DNA of 63,651 bases, filler included, from Octopus bimaculoides (taxonomy: Eukaryota): assembly GCF_001194135.2 (NCBI RefSeq). It is 5 parts of 5 records of this genome, joined end to end, with 100 filler letters (N's around TTAATTAATTAA, not from the genome) between each part and the next. Parts side by side here need not be neighbours in the genome. Positions count along the whole stretch, not along the records: positions 1 to 31,463 come from NC_069000.1; positions 31,564 to 43,202 come from NC_068985.1; 3 more parts are not named here. One strand, given 5' to 3'. Of this stretch, positions 27,896 to 40,614 are shown in pieces. The notes under the pieces were generated by a model. The model worked only from the letters and a program-made list of their open reading frames with translations, searched no databases and was not told where the DNA came from. Position 1 is the stretch's first letter; every line of letters starts with the position of its first letter. The translations under genes and the position numbers were made by a program.

Positions 27896-28157
27896 CACAC
27901 ATGTACAGAACTTGATTGTATAGAACATGTGTGTGTGTGTGTGTGTGCAAGCGTATGTATATTCACACATGTACACGCACACACACGCACACACACATTA
28001 TGCATACACACACACACACTATACACAGATGTCGCATGAGAATTCTCAATGAGATATTCTCGTTTTCCCTTGAGTCGCATTCCCCCAGTATTCTACAAAT
28101 TAGAAGACGCTCATACATCTGCTTAGAATTAGCCTCGGTAATGCAGTAGCCATATCC

Positions 28158-28241
<84 letters not shown>

Positions 28242-28402
28242 TGTGTGAATGTATGTATTACTGTTGCGCAACCGCAACTTGACTACGAATACACAAACGT
28301 ACACACAAATATATATTTGTTTATATATATATATATATATATATACATATACATACATACACGCATACATACATACATACATACATACATACATACATAC
28401 AT

Positions 28403-28446
<44 letters not shown>

Positions 28447-28557
28447 CACACGGAAGTAGTGTATATAGCATGTTTTATAGACATATGTTAGATCAGGCTG
28501 ACAAGTGAGACCTCTGTGGGTAAACAACGGAAGTTTCAGTAGCTAAGAATGAGCATT

Positions 28558-28600
28558 GAACTGACTAGTTTCGTTTCTCATTAAAGACTCATCAGAGGTC
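28558..28600 (-). ncRNA. Minimal type-I hammerhead-ribozyme-like motif
   Basis: Minus strand GACCT-CTGATGA-GTCTTT aatg AGAAAC-GAAA-CTAGT-C-AGTTC. The core is intact, with a G10.1-C11.1 pair, palindromic stem III ACTAGT and a GUC triplet. Stem I pairs 4/5 and stem II 5/6. Confidence 0.7.
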
Positions 28601-30089
28601 GTGTTACGGTAAAGCCCGACTTATGAAAGTTGTAAAGGAACTCTGAGAAGCAAACGAAATCTAAAACCAGGCCGTACGGATCTCTGATTAGCTGTATTAC
28701 GTATATTACGTATACGGTATGGTTATGTGTCACTATGCATCTAGAAATCATATATGTAGTTATGTTGCATTCTGAAAGGAACGTGTTAGAATATAGTATA
28801 GAGCTCGTCCACCTTCAGAATAACCTAATAGTATAGGCAGTACTATTATATATTTCGAACCCTAAAATTATGCTCCTTGTATGCTATTTTCGGAATTTTG
28901 GTTTTGCTGTATTGGAAGTCTATAGGTGTGATCTGTGCAGCCAATAATAATGTGAGACGCATTATTGTTTGTGTTAATTTTAATTCTTTGTTTTTGGTGG
29001 GACGATGTAGGACGGGGCACAGAGATTGGGTTTCTTGTAGGACTGACATAACTAAAGATGTGTCTAATGAGTATATTTGTAAACAGATGTTGTTTTCCAA
29101 AAGAATAGCCGAATAACTGTGTCGTTTTGTAACTACGTGATTACAATATTGACTTCGATATGTTCTGGTTTTGGGTTCAATTCTACTTCTCTGCTTTGAA
29201 TTTTGGCTAAGCGTCATCAATCATAACCTCGAATCGAAAAACAGCTTCAATGAGTGAATGTTGGCGGAGGGAAACTGTGGAAGCCTAGTTCGACCTTGTT
29301 CGGCCCAAGCTAGAACAAAATATTGTAGAAGACACGTGAAAGTAGTGTTGCAAAGTGCTACTGAACGCCTGACTAAGACATTTGGTGCACGCTACATACG
29401 TTCCTTCCAAGCACTGCTATACACAGAGAAAATGAGCTAGAACGTTAAACCTTAGTGCGCTTGCACAGCAGAGTTCAAGGTCAATCTTTGCCAAGCAGCT
29501 TTAGTCTACGACCTTTAGCTTTGGTTACTACAGCAAAAGTCCGGATACTTATTGATCAGACCTCGTATATGAATATGCGTAGTCATGCGGTATGTGCGCG
29601 TTTATATGACTACATGTGTGAGCGTGCACGTGTATAAACATTTAAACAAGCATATGTAAGTCTTTACCCCCACCCCAGCACTTATATATATGTATATATA
29701 TATATGTATATATGTATATGTCTAAATATATATATTTGTGTGTATATATATTTGTATATACATACATACATTCATACATACATACATATATACATACACA
29801 CATGTATGTATGTGTGTGTATATATNNNNNNNNNNNNNNNNNNNNNNNNNNNNNNNNNNNNNNNNNNNNNNNNNNNNNNNNNNNNNNNNNNNNNNNNNNN
29901 NNNNNNNNNNNNNNNNNNNNNNNNNNNNNNNNNNNNNNNNNNNNNNNNNNNNNNNNNNNNNNNNNNNNNNNNNNNNNNNNNNNNNNNNNNNNNNNNNNNN
30001 NNNNNNNNNNNNNNNNNNNNNNNNNNNNNNNNNNNNNNNNNNNNNNNNNNNNNNNNNNNNNNNNNNNNNNNNNNNNNNNNNNNNNNNNN

Positions 30090-30129
<40 letters not shown>

Positions 30130-30323
30130 AATTCTCTTTCTACTTAAGGTATTAATTTCTGTCTTCAGTTGTTTGTTGATTTTGTATAATTAAAAACAAC
30201 TACACACACACATACGCACACGTATGTTTATATGTATGTTTGTATGTGTAGATATGCATATATACATACATGCATACACACACACACATATATATGCACG
30301 CACACACAAATACACAGACAAAC

Positions 30324-30357
<34 letters not shown>

Positions 30358-30359
30358 GT

Positions 30360-30401
<42 letters not shown>

Positions 30402-30406
30402 ACGTG

Positions 30407-30437
<31 letters not shown>

Positions 30438-30644
30438 TCTTCCACATACACTCCCAACATCTCCCACTATTTCCCAACATCCCACATTTCCCGACGCTGA
30501 AAGGTTCAAAACAATTTGATCCTTTCACATAGTTTATTTTAGAAAGTTTCGCTTTAAAATTCTATTTTTTAAAATTTATTGTTTATTTTTTCCCAAATTT
30601 TTCTTATTGGTAACTGCAACCGCAACAGCAACAGGAAGAATAAA

Positions 30645-30718
30645 TTATGGTCTCAAATTTTGCCACAAGGACAGCAATTTTTGGGGAGGGAACTAGTCGA
30701 TTTCATCGACCCCAGTGT
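30645..30718 (-). mobile_element. SINE family A 3' fragment
   Basis: caaattttgccacaagg..cagcaatttt tail plus ctagtcgatttcatcgaccccagtg. Confidence 0.75.
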
Positions 30719-30887
30719 GCACCTATATATACAGGTAGATGCAGGTATGCACATACTTGTACGTATATATGCATATACTCATTTATTATTTGTTTTACAT
30801 GACCGAACGCCCGCGTCATCCCTGTAAGTAGATTTGAACTTTATATTTTACGACGCGACTCTATCTATCTCTATCTCTGTAACTTTT

Positions 30888-31020
30888 TTCCCCTCTCGTT
30901 ATTCCTTCTGTTACTACTACATATCTCTCTCTTTACCCCTCTCGTTCTTCCTTCTGTTACTACTATATCTCTCTCTTTCCTCCTTTCGTTCTTTGTTCTG
31001 TTACTACTATATTTCTTTTC
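30888..31020. repeat. Pyrimidine-rich minisatellite, about 3 x 45 bp
   Basis: cctctcgtt.ttccttctgttactacta.atctctctcttt repeated three times. Confidence 0.8.
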
Positions 31021-31507
31021 CTCTCTTTCTCTCGTTGCTCACCTACTTTCTACTACCTCCCCTTGTTTCTCCCTCTACCACTCTCACTCTTCCTTACCCC
31101 TCGCTGGTCACATGTGTCTAGTCACTAATTCTTTTCTTCCTTGGCTTTCGCCGAGCAAACACGCGAACTTACTTCGTCCCGCTTTCAGTTCGTTGCTTCC
31201 CAGCGTTCATTATACACAATTTTTCACGTCTGGCCGTATAGCCTTTTCCGTTTGTTTTCCTGTCTTGTTTTCTTTTCCATTTGTTTTCCTGTCTTGTTTT
31301 CTGTCCGCCACTACATTCCTCCATGGTACTAATTTAATTTCTGTATACAAATTTAATTTGTGGTCTGTGGGAAGAGCCATTTTAACGATGCGTCCTGCCC
31401 TACTCTTTGAAACGCCTGTGTTGGAATGGGGGTAGCTGATGAAGGAAAATGTTCTCTATGTGGNNNNNNNNNNNNNNNNNNNNNNNNNNNNNNNNNNNNN
31501 NNNNNNN

Positions 31508-31519
31508 TTAATTAATTAA
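31508..31519. other. Assembly linker TTAATTAATTAA inside an N-gap (also 43247-43258, 53769-53780, 61535-61546)
   Basis: Identical 12-mer with 44 N on each side (100 bp in total) at four positions. Confidence 0.95.
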
Positions 31520-31789
31520 NNNNNNNNNNNNNNNNNNNNNNNNNNNNNNNNNNNNNNNNNNNNTATATATATATAGGTATATATATATATATAGGTATAT
31601 ATATATATATAGGTATATATATATATATATAGGTATATATATATATATATGTATGTATATATATATATATGTATGTATATATATATATATGTATGTATAT
31701 ATATATATATATAGGTATGTATATATATATATATGTATGTATATATATATATATATGCATATATACGTATATGCATATATATGTATAAG

Positions 31790-32228
31790 CACATCTGAGC
31801 ATGATCATTGCCAAGTCCATGGATTGGCTCCCATACCGGTGTCACGTAAAAAGCACCATTCTAACGTGGTCGTTGCCATTATCATCTTACTGGCACATGT
31901 GCCGGTGGAACGTGAAAAACAACATTTGAGCTTGGTCATTGCCAGTGCTGCCAGACTGGCTCCTGTACACATAACATGTAAAAAACACATTTTGAGCATA
32001 TTCATTGCCAGAGGCGCCTGACTGGCCCACATGCCGGTAGCACGTAAAAGCACCCACTACACTCTCAGAGTGGCTGGCGTTAGGAAGGGCATCTAGGTGT
32101 AGAAACTTTGCCAGATCAGAGTGAGCCTGGTGCAGCCTTCTGGTTCACCAATCCTCAGTCAAACCGTCAAACCCATGCCAGCATGGAAAGCGGACGTTAA
32201 ACGTTACTGATGATGATGATGATGATGA
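31790..32228 (+). mobile_element. SINE family C
   Basis: Repeated gtgccggtg..acgt(a)aaaagcacc subunits, the ggcgttaggaagggcatc block, and a 3' end atgccagcatggaaagcggacgttaaac followed by (GAT)n. Same as 40615-40900. Confidence 0.85.
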
Positions 32229-33181
32229 TGCATATATATGTATAGGCCTATATATGTATTTGCATATATATGTGTATATANNNNNNNNNNNNNNNNNNNN
32301 NNNNNNNNNNNNNNNNNNNNNNNNNNNNNNNNNNNNNNNNNNNNNNNNNNNNNNNNNNNNNNNNNNNNNNNNNNNNNNNNNNNNNNNNNNNNNNNNNNNN
32401 NNNNNNNNNNNNNNNNNNNNNNNNNNNNNNNNNNNNNNNNNNNNNNNNNNNNNNNNNNNNNNNNNNNNNNNNNNNNNNNNNNNNNNNNNNNNNNNNNNNN
32501 NNNNNNNNNNNNNNNNNNNNNNNNNNNNNNNNNNNNNNNNNNNNNNNNNNNNNNNNNNNNNNNNNNNNNNNNNNNNNNNNNNNNNNNNNNNNNNNNNNNN
32601 NNNNNNNNNNNNNNNNNNNNNNNNNNNNNNNNNNNNNNNNNNNNNNNNNNNNNNNNNNNNNNNNNNNNNNNNNNNNNNNNNNNNNNNNNNNNNNNNNNNN
32701 NNNNNNNNNNNNNNNNNNNNNNNNNNNNNNNNNNNNNNNNNNNNNNNNNNNNNNNNNNNNNNGCATATATATATGCATATATGTGCATATATATATATAT
32801 ATACATGTATATATATGCATATATAGATACATGTATATATATGCATATATTTATGCATATATATATGTATATTTTTATATATGCATATATATATATTCAT
32901 GTATATATATGCATATATATGTGCATATATATTTATGCATGTATAGATTTTTAGCTAGATGCGTATATATATAAATGTATGTATATATATATGTGTATAT
33001 ATATATGTGCATATATATATATAGATATATAGTTATCTATATATTTATACATATTTATGTCTATGTAGATGTGTAAATATATCTTCATGAATATAGATAT
33101 TTATATATGTGTGTGTCTATGTTTGTATTCTACGTTTCATATATATGTATATATGCCTATGTATATGCATATATGTTTAAT

Positions 33182-33221
<40 letters not shown>

Positions 33222-33639
33222 ATATGTATGATGAATAATAGATGGGCCACAAAGACACGGGTGAGAGAGTGCAGCGTGTGACAAACAGAAGTGAAAGAAC
33301 TGCTATCATCCTTAGTCATACCAGCAGTATAATGCAGTGTGATTGATATTTGGACAAGTGGTTTGGAAACGTTTAATTGAGGCATAGGTGTTTGGAGCAC
33401 AAGTAAAAGAGATAAAAACACAGGTGAAAGAAACATTTATGACAGTGTTTATAGGCAATAGACAGATGAGTGACAGCGATATATAATGCTGGAGTCAAGA
33501 AATAGAAGGGCAAGCTATATAGGTGTTAGACATGTGAGAGGCTGTCTGAGAGGTCAATGCTGGAGACTGTGCACACCAATACATATGTACATTTGCTTAG
33601 AAATACATGACTGTATGTGTACACATATAACTAACATAA

Positions 33640-34880
33640 CTTTAGCATCCATTCAGCCATGCTTGAGTACGTGAAGAACAGGTCGACTTCCATATATTTT
33701 ATTGCCAGTCAGCATGGTCCTTTTCCATCACCTTCATGAGTTATATTAGTTTCAGATCTGGTTTACTACTTTGACCAAATCCTCCCCAGTCTTTCTCCTC
33801 CATAGGTTCCATTTATTTAAAACATATGGTGTTTTTTTTATGTAGCTGTCTTCCTCTGTATGCATCACATGCTCATATCAACACAATCTCCTGCCTTGTC
33901 CACTGCATCTAATTCCTCTTGTGTTAAGTTTTGTCTCTCAGTTCATTTGTTTTTTTATCATTTATATACACCTAGTTTTACATACCCAGTGGAGTATGCT
34001 TTGTTTCTCTCTAGGCTTTGTAGTTCCACTGCATACAAGTTCTGCATCACATTACCATGTCCCATTGCACTTCACATGCAAGAACCATACCATCTACCCT
34101 TTACTTTCAAGAAGAAGTAACAGCTCCTTGACCTTTCTTCAACCAGTTCCTACTTTGGTAACTGTTCTTTCAGAACACCTATCCTCCACTTCTGATTACA
34201 GCTCCCAGGAAACAGAATCTATCAATTACTTTTAGAGAACAAAGTGGGCATTCAATGAAATCTATATTGCAAGTGTCTTTGTACTTTCTGCACATCTACA
34301 CGTCTTGTGTGTTCATAGTTTACACTGAGTTCAGCTTATGGAATTTCAACCTACTCCTTTTCTGCATATGCAAAGCTGTTTTCCTGATGGAAGCAGGATC
34401 CAGTCTTCTTTTCAACCTTCTATACTTACTAAGACCTTAGTTCTAGCTACATACACTTCAAGGTTCTTAGATTCCAGATTTTTGTCCCTATATTTGGAAT
34501 TACTTTTTTTAATTCTACAACAAATTCAGCGATAAGAGCTTGATCAACAGCCAATTGAAGCTCCCATGATAGCTAGTCTTAAATCGTTTCGCAATGGCTT
34601 AAAAATTTATAATGAACAGAAGGGAATTGAACATTTATCCTCATGTACCCCCACCTTAACACCAAATTCATTACTTTACTTATCCCTAATCCTCACCCAG
34701 TTGACTGCATCTTTATACACGGCTGGCACAATTCTCATAAGTCATATATTCACTTCAAGCATCCTCAGTAACAAGATTACAGAGTGAGGCTTCCTATCGA
34801 AACACATTTCTAGATCAGCAAAAGCCAGGTATAGATCCTAATTTCTGACTGGGTACTTGCACTTGCAGTTGTCTCACAAG
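33640..34880 (-). mobile_element. Degenerate RTE-like LINE, RT and C-terminal region
   Basis: Minus strand peptides VRQLQ-KY, LYLAFADLE..FDR, VYKDAV..VR, EFGVKVGVH, DRFCFLGAVIRSGG and RGIRCSGQGRRLC*YEHVM, with many stops and frameshifts. Confidence 0.85.
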
Positions 34881-34934
34881 GAAGATGGCAACAGTAGCAC
34901 TAAATATAGAAGCAAACTGCATTGTGTCTATGTT

Positions 34935-34973
<39 letters not shown>

Positions 34974-35361
34974 NNNNNNNNNNNNNNNNNNNNNNNNNNN
35001 NNNNNNNNNNNNNNNNNNNNNNNNNNNNNNNNNNNNNNNNNNNNNNNNNNNNNNNNNNNNNNNNNNNNNNNNNNNNNNNNNNNNNNNNNNNNNNNNNNNN
35101 NNNNNNNNNNNNNNNNNNNNNNNNNNNNNNNNNNNNNNNNNNNNNNNNNNNNNNNNNNNNNNNNNNNNNNNNNNNNNNNNNNNNNNNNNNNNNNNNNNNN
35201 NNNNNNNNNNNNNNNNNNNNNNNNNNNNNNNNNNNNNNNNNNNNNNNNNNNNNNNNNNNNNNNNNNNNNNNNNNNNNNNNNNNNNNNNNNNNNNNNNNNN
35301 NNNNNNNNNNNNNNNNNNNNNNNNNNNNNNNNNNNNNNNNNNNNNNNNNNNNNNNNNNNNN

Positions 35362-35396
<35 letters not shown>

Positions 35397-35409
35397 GTTC
35401 TGTATAAAT

Positions 35410-35625
35410 ACATCATCTTCTCATTGACATAATCTAGTGTCCATGTACTGGCACGGGTTGGATGGCTCGACAGGTTTTGACAGGTCCAAGGAATGCATTG
35501 TGCTCCATTACATACTTTGACATGGTCTCTATAGCCAGATGCCATTCTGAACACCAACCATTTTAAACTGTGTACTGGGTGCTTTTTTTCTTTTCATGCC
35601 ACCAGCCCTTGTGTGATCACTATGT
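35410..35625 (-). mobile_element. SINE family C (old copy)
   Basis: tccatgtactggcacgggttggatgg and gatgccattctgaacaccaacc are the reverse complements of the family C tail and central block. Confidence 0.65.
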
Positions 35626-36201
35626 AGCATGCAAGACTACAAACCCTGAGAGAAGTGGCCTTATGCTAGAAGATGAGGGATTAATGTATGATAGAAGCAG
35701 CCAGAGCAAAACTGGTTTCTTGCTATAAAGGAGCTACATGGCAAATGAAATTTTTTGAAGGGTCAGGGTAATCGGGCTGGAGCTGGGAAAAGACAAAAAG
35801 AATGGTGAAGAGGTGTCTGTGTCTTTCAAGGTATGAGGTGAACAGAAGTGCATGGGGACAGAAGATCCAGGTATATGGATGGATGGATGGATGGGTAGAG
35901 GTTACGAGAATATATGAGAGTGAGATATGAGGAATGGGTGAAGGTGTGTATATAATGAAGGGAGAAGAAGCATTGAGTGGATAAATAGGAGAAAGGGAAG
36001 TGTAGGTGACAACTGTAGAGACTGCATTGGGTGGTTGAGAGGTGGTGAATGTTGGATAAGGGGTAGGGGTAACCAATGATGCAGAATAGTAGGAATGATA
36101 CAGTAGACAAGAGAAGGATTAGAGAGAAAAAAAGATAGATGATGAATGGCTGGATAGGTTGCAAAAGTGTGTGGAAAGTGAGGAAAATGTATGTGTGTGT
36201 G

Positions 36202-36271
<70 letters not shown>

Positions 36272-36350
36272 AATATACATTTGTGCATATATATGCATAT
36301 ATATATATACATATATTGTAATATAAATTTGTGCATGTATGTATGTGCAG

Positions 36351-36390
<40 letters not shown>

Positions 36391-36489
36391 GTATTTATAT
36401 GTACATGCGTCAGTATGTAAATGTAACTGTATATCATCATTATTTAACATCCACATGCATACATGTTTGTTTGTGCATGCATGCATATA

Positions 36490-36540
<51 letters not shown>

Positions 36541-36684
36541 ACACATATATAGGGGATATGTGCGTATATACATGTATATTACTTTATACATATGTGTATG
36601 TGTGCATGGATATGCAAGTAGATGTGTATTGTATGCGTGTGTGCGTGTATATGTATGACATATATACATATTTGGATATATATA

Positions 36685-36748
<64 letters not shown>

Positions 36749-36800
36749 TATATCTGTGTATGCATAAATGTATGTAGATGCGTATGTACGTATGTGTGTG

Positions 36801-36833
<33 letters not shown>

Positions 36834-36901
36834 ATACATAATCTTATATGAAATCAGCCTGATGACTTGTAAAAACAAATCAATAAGATGATACAACACA
36901 C

Positions 36902-36953
36902 CCATTCCTTGAGATATTTGAACTGTAAAAGCTCCAAGGATTCAAACACTTTT
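36902..36953 (-). CDS. Putative host exon (52 nt): (I)KVFESLELLQFKYLKEW
   Basis: Strong acceptor gtttttcttccctgcctaaag and donor TGG|gtgtgt. Phase-compatible with the putative exon at 37159-37250. Protein not recognised. Confidence 0.4.
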
Positions 36954-37158
36954 CTTTAGGCAGGGAAGAAAAACATAAACAGCAAAAATAAACCAAATTA
37001 ATAAAATAAATAAATGGAGAAAGATAGCAAGGAAGAAAGGTTGCAAGAACACAATCAAAGAGAAAGAGAGAGTATTGACAGAAGAATGATAATACCTTCA
37101 AAGAGAAAGGAAATAGCATTGAAGGATGTTGGGCGTTTTAGATTCTGTAGAATCATAC

Positions 37159-37250
37159 ATCAGCCTTTTTAGTTCAACAAAGCCAGGCAGTAACCATCTG
37201 CTGGGAGCAGTCAGAACTGGTTTCTTTGAGATATGACAACGGACATACAA
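37159..37250 (-). CDS. Putative host exon (92 nt): LYVRCHISKKPVLTAPSRWLLPGFVELKRL
   Basis: Acceptor tctttcag, donor AT|gtatga, and only one open frame. Phase-compatible with both neighbours. Confidence 0.4.
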
Positions 37251-37727
37251 CTGAAAGATTCTTCACAGACATCAAGCATCCTTATTAGAGATGAAAAAGT
37301 GATTTAGTTCCTTATATATATTTTTTTTCTCTAACTCAATGGCCGAATGAGAATCATTGTCGTCACTTGGTCAACACAAACATTTCTTACTTGAAATGTA
37401 TATACATATGTAAATATGTGAGCCCTGCATAGAACTACATTTTAAACACATACATATGCATACATACATCATATATATATGAACATATATATATACATGT
37501 ATGCATGTGCATATGCACATATATATATATGTGTGTATGTCTGTATGTGTATGTATATGTATGTATGTATGTATGTATTTGTATATGCACATATATGTGT
37601 GTATGTCTGTACGTATAAGTATGTTTATGTATATGTATGCATACATATATACATACACACACACACACACATACACATACATATGTATCATATATATAAG
37701 CACACACACATATATATATATGTATGC

Positions 37728-37764
<37 letters not shown>

Positions 37765-37778
37765 CACTCATGTGTGTA

Positions 37779-37815
<37 letters not shown>

Positions 37816-37907
37816 GTGTGTACATATATATATATATATATAGTATGTGTTAGCAAATATATCTTCACATGTATGAATATGCATATATGTGTGTACTTCT
37901 ATATACA

Positions 37908-37955
<48 letters not shown>

Positions 37956-38211
37956 ATTCATACTGAAAGCATATATATATATATGTATATATATATAACT
38001 ATGGTTGGTATATAATATATATATAGCTATGGTTCATATAATCTATTACATAATCATAAGTTTCTTATTTATGAACTGCTACTTATTGAATAGATTACAT
38101 TTTTTAAAAATAAAAACACAATAGTACTCATCATACATTTGGGCTAAAAGATTGTTCATGTTGTATGTGTATGCATGCTTGTTACTGAATTTATATGTAT
38201 ATAGTACTCAC

Positions 38212-38232
38212 CACATCTCCCTGTTTATATTG
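38212..38232 (-). CDS. Putative 21-nt micro-exon: QYKQGDV
   Basis: Acceptor ttattcaacag and consensus donor GTG|gtgagt. Phase 0 joins the next putative exon in frame. Confidence 0.3.
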
Positions 38233-38467
38233 CTGTTGAATAACAGATATTCTCATTTAATATTTACTTTTTAAAATCTCAGCTCATTCACAAATTCATT
38301 ATTGATATACACAAACACTATAAACGTATGTGTGAGTGTGTGTGTATTTATGTATGTATATTTAATTACAGCTTCACCGTTATAAGGATATATGTAACTC
38401 CTACGAAATCTGTTGAGTGTCACTTTGTTCTCTCACATTCATATATAAGTATGCATGTATGTATGTT

Positions 38468-38517
<50 letters not shown>

Positions 38518-38551
38518 TAGATAGATAGATAGATAGATAAGTGTATATAAG

Positions 38552-38690
38552 CACAGACATAGCTGTGTGAATAGCAGCTTGCTTCCTAGCCAAATGGTTC
38601 CAGGTTTAGTCCAGTTGTGTGGAACCTTGGGTGATCCAAACCCTTGTGAATGGATTTGGTAGATAGAAACTGAAAGAATCCTTATATTAT
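38552..38690 (+). mobile_element. SINE family B 5' fragment (internally deleted)
   Basis: gctgtgtg..tagcagcttgctt...ggatttggtagatagaaactgaaagaa. Confidence 0.7.
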
Positions 38691-38730
38691 TTACATTTGA
38701 CGGATATTTGTCCCCATCTTGTTTGTTGTT

Positions 38731-38776
38731 AACACAACATTTCAGCTGGTACACTCTCCAGCCTTCATCAGGTGTC
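38731..38776 (-). ncRNA. Minimal hammerhead-like motif (CpG-decayed)
   Basis: GACAC-CTGATGA-A-GGCTGG agagtgta CCAGCT-GAAA-tGTT-GTGTT. Stem I is 5 bp. C15.2 is mutated to T relative to the 53.5 kb copy. Confidence 0.6.
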
Positions 38777-38856
38777 TTGGGGAAATTTCAAACCTGGGTT
38801 CTCATTCCTAAGGTGTTTTTCAATGTTGTTGTTGTTGTAGTTATTATTCAGGTCAA

Positions 38857-38899
38857 GACACCTGATGAAGGCTGGAGAGTATATCAGCCGAAATGTGTT
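38857..38899 (+). ncRNA. Minimal hammerhead-like motif (stem III damaged)
   Basis: GACAC-CTGATGA-A-GGCTG gagagtatat CAGCC-GAAA-tgtgtt. Confidence 0.55.
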
Positions 38900-39002
38900 A
38901 GCAACAAACAATATGAGGACAAATATCTATCAAATATAAATAATGTAAATAATGTACAAAATTCCTCATCTCTCAAATATAGAACTACATATACATATAT
39001 AG

Positions 39003-39033
<31 letters not shown>

Positions 39034-39315
39034 NNNNNNNNNNNNNNNNNNNNNNNNNNNNNNNNNNNNNNNNNNNNNNNNNNNNNNNNNNNNNNNNNNN
39101 NNNNNNNNNNNNNNNNNNNNNNNNNNNNNNNNNNNNNNNNNNNNNNNNNNNNNNNNNNNNNNNNNNNNNNNNNNNNNNNNNNNNNNNNNNNNNNNNNNNN
39201 NNNNNNNNNNNNNNNNNNNNNNNNNNNNNNNNNNNNNNNNNNNNNNNNNNNNNNNNNNNNNNNNNNNNNNNNNNNNNNNNNNNNNNNNNNNNNNNNNNNN
39301 NNNNNNNNNNNNNNN

Positions 39316-39405
<90 letters not shown>

Positions 39406-40098
39406 ACACATAGGCATACACACAAAATGAGGAGAGCATTAGGCCCTTGGAGTTCTGGGAAGCACTGATCAAACAATTTGCTACATTCACTTTAGGAAAC
39501 AAGCCAAATACCTTATCGTCCAATCTGGCAAAAAACACAGAAGCCAGATAGATTACATTTATACTAGAAAAAGGGAGAGAAGGGCTGTTATAACTACCAA
39601 AGCCTTTCCTGATAAAGAATGCACTATGTAACACAAATTTGTGGCAAGTGGCTTCAGAGTCATTGCTTGGAAGACACAGAAATTAATCAGAACATTGTAA
39701 AGGAAAATATGGAAACTAAAAGATCTCACAATTGGGAGTAGATTTAGAGCTTCTAAACTGACTGCACAGAGGAAGTCTTAGACACTTGTAGTATAGATGA
39801 CAACTGAGAATTTCTATGAAATAAGCCGATTAAGGTTATGCATCAAACATGGAGCTGAAGCAAAGTCTCTCACAGAAACCTGTCTCTTTCAAGCTTAGGT
39901 TGCCAATTCAGTAATCTAAAGCCAGAAAGAGATTGGTTTCTGTTAGCAGTCCACGAAACTTTAAGTTACATGGAGCCTAATCAAACTGTTTTAAATAATG
40001 ATAAAACATGTAACTCCTATGAAATGTATCATGTGCCCATTTCTTTTATTTCTCCACTGATTCCTATATATATATACATAGATATATATATATATATA

Positions 40099-40347
40099 TT
40101 ATAAGCTTAAAGCTTATAAGCAATCACCATGCATTGACTAAAGTAAATAGTCTATATGTTGGGATATATAAGCCATTGATGGAAAAAAGTAAGGTTTGCC
40201 GTATGCATGGGACTCAAACCGACACCTCTATGTATTCATGACAAGTGTGAATGTACCCCTAACATGGGTTCAATTCTCATGCATACAGCAAAACCTACAG
40301 GGGTATGTTAGTGTAAAAGTAGCACACATATAAGCTTAAAGCTTATA
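40099..40347. other. Structured module: palindromic 19-bp direct repeats enclosing an inverted tRNA-like pair
   Basis: tataagcttaaagcttata at 40100-40118 and 40329-40347, with inverted arms at 40192-40220 and 40267-40296. Confidence 0.75.
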
Positions 40348-40413
40348 GATTATAAATTACTATTTACAGAATTGTATAATCAGCATTGCTTATCAAATCA
40401 CAGAAAAGGCATA

Positions 40414-40456
<43 letters not shown>

Positions 40457-40614
40457 NNNNNNNNNNNNNNNNNNNNNNNNNNNNNNNNNNNNNNNNNNNN
40501 NNNNNNNNNNNNNNNNNNNNNNNNNNNNNNNNNNNNNNNNNNNNNNNNNNNNNNNNNNNNNNNNNNNNNNNNNNNNNNNNNNNNNNNNNNNNNTATATAT
40601 ATATACTCTATACA

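Larger units (their letters stand above)
38698..38960. mobile_element. Hammerhead-bearing repeat in inverted (fold-back) arrangement
   Basis: 38698-38778 is the reverse complement of 38855-38932. The left part matches 53500-53640. Confidence 0.85.

Noticed and set aside
39440-39900. Degenerate R4/Dong RT on the plus strand
   Set aside because: The similarity is limited to a few residues. A minus-strand exon reading is equally weak and is mentioned only as a possibility.
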